A stretch of DNA of 64,000 nucleotides from Eledone cirrhosa (Eukaryota), in contig OZ024760.1 of NCBI GenBank assembly GCA_964016885.1, positions 4,712,001 through 4,776,000 on the forward strand. Reading direction: 5' to 3'. The translations under genes and the position numbers were made by a program. The notes beneath the pieces are model-generated. The model was not told the origin of the DNA. It saw only the letters and a list, made by a program, of their open reading frames with translations, and made no database searches. Shown here piece by piece: positions 57,501 through 64,000 of the stretch (the first letter of the stretch is position 1; every line of letters begins with the position of its first letter).

Positions 57501-59352
57501 AATTAATCCCTAAGTAGGGGCGGGTCCTGTCCTACAGTGCTCCTGAGCACCCCACTCCCATGTGCATCTGTCCGCCGGTCTCAATTGGACCAGGGAATGC
57601 CTAGCTTGATCCTGACAGACATCCTCCATCCAAGTTCTTTTTGGTCTTCCTCGGCCTCTACTGCCTCCTGGATCAACATTCATCACTTTGCTGATTCAGC
57701 CCTTACTGCACTCAACATGACCGTACCAGCATATGTGTCTTGTGTGAAGCACATCCTCAAAGTCATCGATCAGCAGTCTTTTCAGGAGCTCAGTTGAGCT
57801 AACATCACCCTAAGTGGTGACACTGTACATCCAGCAGATCATAGCTCTGTCATTTCTTCTTAGCCGATTTAGAAGTCCTGAAAATCTACAGTAAACTAAA
57901 GACTTCAATTATTTAATGTGATGCAGTTACAGTGTTGTTTTGTACTTTTCAAGAATGTCTTGCTAATATGGTTTCATGTGGTACAGGATGTTAAAAATTA
58001 ACAGTTAGTGATGGTTGTCCATGGTCACAAGGGAACAGTCACCATATTCTTTCTCCTCTTCCTCTTTCTTCACCATCATTAACACTATCATCACCACCAC
58101 CACCACAACCATCATCATCACCACCACCATTGCCACTGTCATCATCATATGCTTTCTCTTTTCAGCGAGTCTATGACGATGATCTTAGTGAAAAAGAAGT
58201 AAAATCAGACCAAACTAATGAACCAGTAAGTAATTTGGGCAAGACAGCAGCCATATTGTTTTGTCTTCTCACTTTTTTTGTTTTTTCTAAACACTCCATT
58301 GAGGTTAGTTTTTGCCTTTCATCCTTACAGGGTCAATAAAATATATAGGTTTAACCCTTTAGCATTTACATTACTCTATATTTACTATTATATTTTCATG
58401 GTAAAGGATTTATCTCACATAATTATCGCATGTAATATTGAATCTATAAGATTTTGATATTATTTATTTTGAGAACACTACCTTAACATAAGTATGACAG
58501 CCGGTTATGGCTGGTTTGAACAGAAAGAGGTGTGAGATTTCTGGCCAGATATGGCCAGTTTAAGTGCTAAAGAGTTAATTGATTTTCTCCTTTCTTTTCA
58601 AATTGCTGGCTTTTTATTAAATGTGTATTGACTTCTTCAGATTGTTGTTGTTCACCTGATTGAGATCAGAGATTAGTTTCTGAGGCCTACTGTGAGGTGG
58701 TGGACAACTTGGGTCTTGGTGGATTGGCAGAATCATTAGAGCATTAGACAAAATGCTTTGCAGCATTTGTTCCAGCTCTTTACATTCTGAGTTCAATAAG
58801 GCTATTATTTTTGGCATGTTTAATGAAGGCGCATGGCTTAGTGGTAAGTGTGTTGGACTTATGATCATAACATTGTGGGACTAGGTTGTGTGTTGTGTTC
58901 TTGAGCAAAACACTTATTTTCCTGTTGTTCCAGTATACTCAGCTGAAAATGAATACCAGCAATAGCTGAGGGTTTAACCATGCAATGGACTCCAGCAAGG
59001 AGTCTCGTACTCTCTGTCGCTTAATGCCATGAAAACCAGGTTAAGCACCAGCCTGATGTGCCTCCTGGCTTGAGATAGGCTTTAGACTAGACCTCAATGG
59101 CTGTGTAGAGGTGAGAAAGAGATAGAGAGAGGTAGTTTTACAAATGGATGTAATGTAGTTGTATACTTAATATTGTAGGAAATGAGCAAAGAGGAAAAAG
59201 AAAGCTCGATGGTACAAAAAATAACTCAGGCAGTAAACTCTGGTCTGAATGTTATTGATGAATCATTTGAAAAACTGGATACCAATGCCGGCAATTCTGA
59301 TTCTGAAGATGAGGATGCTGCCTATACTGTGGATCCTATATTTGAAGCAAAG
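49320..59352 (+). CDS. WASHC2: WASH complex subunit 2 (FAM21), N-terminal 6 exons; gene continues beyond the window
   Basis: Exons 49320-49400 (first exon inferred from AAAATGGCG start and phase-0 donor), 52941-53042, 54643-54735, 56597-56668, 58166-58225, 59179-59352, all phase 0. Peptides [48 protein letters not shown] and AGNSDSEDED match the FAM21 N-terminus. Confidence 0.92.
50702..50775 (-). ncRNA. Type-I hammerhead ribozyme motif
   Basis: Minus strand: TTTTGT-CTGAAGA-G...(GTTTTGcGT/ACaTAAAAC)...C-GAAA-TATATATA^-ATGAAA. Canonical G-C closing pair of stem II, 6-bp stem I with two G-U pairs, then AATAAA. Confidence 0.6.
54100..54610. repeat. CAT/CAC-based cryptic minisatellite
   Basis: Unit ATCAACTCCACCAAGACCACC(ATC)nACC; source of four low-complexity ORFs. 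Confidence 0.9.
54775..56250. repeat. Minisatellite, 26-28 bp units
   Basis: GTGTACACACTATAGTGTTAATGTATCT and GTGTGTACACATTACTGTGTTAATGTAGCT variants, roughly 50 units. Confidence 0.95.
56850..57120 (-). mobile_element. RTE/BovB-like LINE 3' fragment
   Basis: RKFQYFGHVIR...QGKRA...MRWTDDIKEWTGRSL...ARDRKRWR. Another RTE-like piece at 57480-57880 (-). Confidence 0.7.
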
Positions 59353-59360
59353 GTAAAAAG

Positions 59361-59390
<30 letters not shown>

Positions 59391-59396
<6 letters not shown>

Positions 59397-59943
59397 ATAC
59401 TTTGGGAGGGTCATGTTGCCAATAAGAAACACACGCACCAGTTGCTTTCACTTCAATTTATTATAATAAATTTATAAATTTAGGAATTTATAAATTTCTG
59501 GTTGGTTGGTTGGTTGGTTCCACAACCAGACGATTGTTTATATATTGTCAAAGTTCTTTCGTCACACATTCTGTGACCTCTTCAGTGACTGGGGATTCTT
59601 TTCTTTGTTTTTGTGCCTCTCCTTTGTTCTGTCCTATGCCATCTTGTTTCAACAAGATAGCGTAGGACAGAACAAAGGAGAGCACAAAACAAAGATGAAG
59701 AGGTCACAGAATGTGTGACGAAAGAACTTTGACAATATATGAACAACAGTCCGGTTGTGGAACCAACCAACCAACCAACCGGAAATTTATAAATTCTTAA
59801 ATTTATAAATTTAATTTATAATAAATTGGAGTGAAAGCAACTGGTGCGTGTGTTACTTATTGGCAACATGACCCTCCCAAAGCATAACAATATCGGTTTC
59901 AACACACGTTTTCAGATAAAGAATCTTGCTAAACAAATTCAGA

Positions 59944-59950
<7 letters not shown>
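59391..59950. repeat. Long imperfect inverted repeat (arms about 260/300 bp) at the start of WASHC2 intron 6
   Basis: Centre ATCTTGTT-TC-AACAAGAT (59641-59658). The arms are two copies of the 2630-2950 element. Confidence 0.9.
59547..59589 (-). ncRNA. Minimal type-I hammerhead ribozyme motif
   Basis: Minus strand: GTCA-CTGAAGA-g-GTCACA(gaatg)TGTGAC-GAAA-GAACTT^-TGAC. Related defective copies at 2853-2895 (-), 59695-59733 (+) and about 31172-31200 (-). Confidence 0.7.
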
Positions 59951-60008
<58 letters not shown>

Positions 60009-60137
60009 TATATAATATATATATATGGCTGACTGAATACACACGTGTGTTTTTTTTCCCACATTTTTTTTCTCATTTTTCCCGTTCCTTCCTCGCATCA
60101 CTCTTTACTTTCTATTTATCTTCTATTTCTAACTCTT

Positions 60138-60173
60138 TCTTCTGATGAAGTACTAGTGTCTGAAACATTAAGA
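60138..60173 (+). ncRNA. Degenerate hammerhead motif
   Basis: TCTT-CTGATGA-agtactagtgtct-GAAA-CATT-AAGA. Stem III would be the palindrome ACGT but reads ACAT (CpG-type decay inferred). Confidence 0.4.
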
Positions 60174-60263
60174 CTCTCTTCCTGCTATTTCAAGCGTTAA
60201 ACTAATATATTTCTTCCATGTGCCGTTTGTTTTGTCATTTCTGTTTACCTTTTACACACATTC

Positions 60264-60294
<31 letters not shown>

Positions 60295-60379
60295 ATTAGA
60301 ATTTAGCTTCATAGCTGTGGCTTTCAAAATGTTTATTTATAAACATACTGTATACCTTTAGATATACACATATATATAT

Positions 60380-62764
60380 AGAAATGAAGAAGGAGTGAGA
60401 CTTCTTGAATTTTGTGATGCAGGTACATTGACTATTTGCAACACAAACTTCCAGAAACCTGCCAATCACCTTATAACCTAGAAAGGTCTGGAAGCTAAAA
60501 GACCTTTCACTAAAATACAAATTTAGGAAACCCCTTCAAGATGTATATGATGAAAAAGAAGACGATTTAGAGACGTATGACATAGATAATAACTGGAATT
60601 TTTTACGTGACAACTTGCTGCAGGCTACTGATGAAACTTGTGGCTGGAGCAGAGCTCCAACCAGACAGAGAGTGACCTGGTGGTGGAACAGCACAGTAGA
60701 TAAGGCCATTAGAGACAAAAGACTAGCATGGAAAAAGGGTGGGAGTAGGGAAGAATATACAGCCACTAAGAGAGAAGCTAGACGTCAGGTGTACTTAGCA
60801 CGCAGGGAGGCGGAGAGTAGGAGGTTTGCCAATGTTCTGCGACGGGAAGATCAGAGGCGTGCGGTGTTCCACATTGCAAGGCAGTGTGTCAATGCAAATT
60901 AGGATGTTGTTGGAGATAAATGTGTCCGGGATGTTGCCGGTGTACTTAGTGTCACGAATGATCAGAAAAAGGAGGCCTGGAAATGTCATTATGAGAGACT
61001 GATGAATGTGGAGAACGAATGGGAGAGAGAGAAATTACCCTTAGTAGATCCGACAGAGGGACCAGCTATTGAGATTGACGAATATAGGGTCCAAGAGGCG
61101 ATTAGGGAAATGAAAAATGGTAAGGCTGCTGGAGCATCGGGAATAGTTGCTGAGATGCTGAAGGCATCAGGGGACGTAGGCACTAAACTGGTTGCACGCA
61201 TCATCAATCAGGCTATATTTGGTGGTGTCACACCCAAAGACTGGTGCAGCAGTATTCTCATAAATTGCTACAAAGGTTAAGGGGATTCTCTGGAGAGGAG
61301 CAATTATAGAGGTATGAAACTGATAGATCAGGTTATGAAAGTGGCAGAAAGGATATTAGCACAACTAATTAGAGAAAGAGTCAAACTAGATGAGATGCAG
61401 TTTGGTTTTGTGCCTGGGAAGAGTACAACAGATGCCCTCTTCTTGGTGAGACAATTGCAAGAGAGGTTCTTAGAGAAAAATAAGCCACTATACTTAGCCT
61501 TTGTTGACCTAGAGAAGGCCTTTGATAGGGTACCCCGATCTGTCATCTGGTGGTCCCTAAGGAAGCTAGGTGTTGAGGAATGGCTTGTGAGGACAGTGCA
61601 AACTTTGTACAGAGGTACTCTCAGTAAAGTCAGGGTAGGAATGGAGTTTAGTGAGGAATTCCAGATACAAGTAGGAGTACATCAAGGTTCGGTCCTCAGC
61701 CCACTCTTGTTCATTATAGTCCTCCAAGCCATAACAGAGGAGTTTAAGACTGGTTGTCCATGGGAATTTCTCTATGCTGACGATCTGGTTCTTATAGCAG
61801 AATCAGTAGAGGAGCTAGAGAATAAATTCTGGCTATGGAAACTGCAGTTGGAAGCAAGAGGACTGAGAGTGAACCTAGCTAAGACAAAAGTGTTGATGAG
61901 TAGAAAAGAGGACAAAACTCTGATTCCATCAGGGAAATGGCCATGTTCGATATGCAGAAAAGAACTGGCATAAATTCTATAAAACACACAATGCAGATCC
62001 TGGGTACACAAGAGATGTAGCGGGATAGCAGGCAAACTAACAGGTAGGGAGAAATATGTATGCAGTAGATGTACAGGGAAATTAGACAGTAGAAGTCACA
62101 TTGATAGACACATTTTTCAAATGCAGGAGGGCGCTATAGAAGTGGTGGATAGCTTCCGGTACCTAGGAGATCAGATTAGCATGGGAGGAGGGTGTTCCGA
62201 GGCCATAGTATCTAGAATAAGGACGGGTTGGAAGAAGTTTAGGGAGCTGCTTCCTCTGTTGACGAAGAAGGGTTTCTCCCTGCGTACGAAAGGCTGGTTG
62301 TATGATGCCTGTGTGAGGAGCGCGATGCTGCATAGTAGTGAGACATGGGCAGCAACTGCAGAGGATATGCGACGGCTGGAGAGAAATGAGGCAAGCATGC
62401 TCCGTTGGATGTGCAGTGTAAATGTGCGTGAACGACCCAGCATAAATGTGTTGAGAGAGAAACATTGTCTGAGAGGGATAGAATGTAGTGTACGGGAGAG
62501 GAGACTGAGGTGGTATGGACATGTGATGTGCATGGAGGATGACCGATGGGTGAAGAAGTGCCAGGAAATGCCAGTTGAAGGAAGACGTGGTAGAGGTAGA
62601 CCACGAAAAACATGGGCAGAGGTGGTGAGAACAGACCTCAGATCATTGAAGCTCACGGTGGAGATGATGAAGACCGTGACGGGTGGAGAGATGTTGTGCT
62701 GAATAAGACCCGTCCCACCCTTGCAAGCAGGGAAAAGCGGACGTAAAATGATGATGATGATGAT
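60380..62764 (+). mobile_element. 5'-truncated, decayed RTE-clade non-LTR retrotransposon in WASHC2 intron 6
   Basis: APE endonuclease remnant RNEEGVRLLEFC..NTNFQK (60380-60480, followed by an internal deletion). RT motifs QFGF, AFVDLEKAFDRV, GVHQGSVLSPLLF, LYADDL and FRYLG. C-terminal RRLRWYGHV...RGRGRPRKTW. Stops at 60900 and 61278, frameshifts near 61970, (ATG)n tail. Confidence 0.93.
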
Positions 62765-63130
62765 ATAGGCACCTCTAACAAAAATACACCCCGGCCCCAC
62801 TACCCCCACCCCATCCACACCACCCCTTCCAATGTAAAGTTATGTTGGTACCACAACATCCAGGCCGAAACAAATGAGGGCGTGTAGGTGTCACGACAAA
62901 AGAAACAGTCCACGCTGTAATGTGGCCGTGTAGGTAACACGATAAAAACCTCCCAGTCCACACTGTAAATGTGGTTGGTTCCAGCCGTAGAAAACCTGCC
63001 AGATAGTCCTATACGATCAAGACAACCAATCTTGCCTCAAGTGGGAAAATTCCCGTCCAAACCCATGCTAGTGTGGAAGATGGACGTTAAACGATGATGA
63101 TGATGATGATATATATATACACACACATAG

Positions 63131-63478
63131 AGGCACATGGCTTAGTGGTTAGAGCATTGGCCTGGCAATCGAAAGGTTGTGAGTTCAATTCTCAGACCGG
63201 GTGATGTGTTGTTTCCTTGAGCAAGACACTTTATTTCACATTGCTCCAGTTTACTCAGCTGTAGAAATGAGATGATAGGGACTGGGGTCCATATCATTCC
63301 ACTGCAAAGTGGTCGTGGAGGTGCCATGGCAAAAAAGCACCCAGCACTCACTGTAAAATGAGGTTGGTGTTAGGAAGGGCATCCAGCTGTAGAAATCAAG
63401 CCAGAATCAGTTCCCGTCCCACCCTTGCAAGCAGGGAAAAAGCGGACTTAAAACGAAATGATGATGATGATGATGATA
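63131..63478 (+). mobile_element. tRNA-derived SINE with CORE-like domain and RTE-derived tail
   Basis: A box TGGCTTAGTGG, B box GAGTTCAATTC, CORE-like CCTTGAGCAAGACACTTTA, (GAT)n tail. Near-identical inverted copy at 127-470. Confidence 0.85.
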
Positions 63479-63711
63479 CATTATCGTTATCATCATTATC
63501 ATTTAACGTCCATTTTTCCACACTTGCATGGGTTAGACGATGTTATCACGTTATGAGACAAGTCAGGGGGTCTGGAGGCCAACGTTCTCATAAGGATCTG
63601 TATTTTGGCTAGGTTACTATGTCTGGATGCCTTTCCTAACACCAACCATGTTACTATGTTCAGTGTGGACTGGGTGATTTTTATTTTCGCACTAAGATGA
63701 CCATCTAACAA

Positions 63712-64000
63712 GGTGGACTGGGTGCTTTTTGTCATGTCAACAGCATGACCACCTTACAGAGTGGATTGGGTGCTTTTTGTCGTGTCAACAGCATGACCAC
63801 CTTACAGAGTGGACTGGGTGCCTTTTGTCGTGTCAACAGCACGACCACCTTACAGAGTGGACTGGGTGCCTTTTGTCGTGTCAACAGCACGACCACCTTA
63901 CAGAGTGGACTGCATGCTTTTTGTCGTGTCAACAGCACGACCACCTTACAGAGTGGACTGGGTGCTTTTGTCGTGTCAATAGCACGACCACCTTACAGAG
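63712..64000. repeat. 48-bp tandem repeat derived from the RTE/SINE tail unit
   Basis: GTGGACTGGGTGCTTTTTGTCGTGTCAACAGCACGACCACCTTACAGA, about 6 copies, running off the window end. Confidence 0.9.

Noticed and set aside
63131-63205. tRNA-like sequences with A/B boxes
   Set aside because: These are SINE heads lacking a full cloverleaf and followed by CORE/Meta domains, not tRNA genes.

Overview
AT-rich, microsatellite- and SINE-dense animal genomic DNA. The repeat families and gene structures suggest a coleoid cephalopod such as Octopus (inference). Four intron-containing housekeeping genes can be assembled by hand, and the ORF track largely misses them: BLOC1S5/Muted (+, 5 exons, 142 aa), PSMD14/Rpn11 (-, 10 coding exons, 305 aa), TCP1/CCT-alpha (+, 12 exons, 550 aa, with one U12-type minor intron) and the 5' part of WASHC2/FAM21 (+, 6 exons seen, continues past the window). 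A probable unidentified transcript runs head-to-head with BLOC1S5. The rest is RTE, CR1/L2 and CRE-like LINE fragments, tRNA-derived SINEs, piggyBac/hAT/Tc1-mariner MITEs and mini/microsatellites. The most unusual signal is a set of 9-10 hammerhead-ribozyme motifs of several unrelated sequence families (five with an intact catalytic core). They have the minimal type-I architecture known from Penelope-like element termini, and several lie in or next to long near-perfect palindromes within (TA)n tracts. In this window, intact intronic copies are antisense to their host gene and sense copies are broken. Most long ORFs in the track are microsatellite artefacts.
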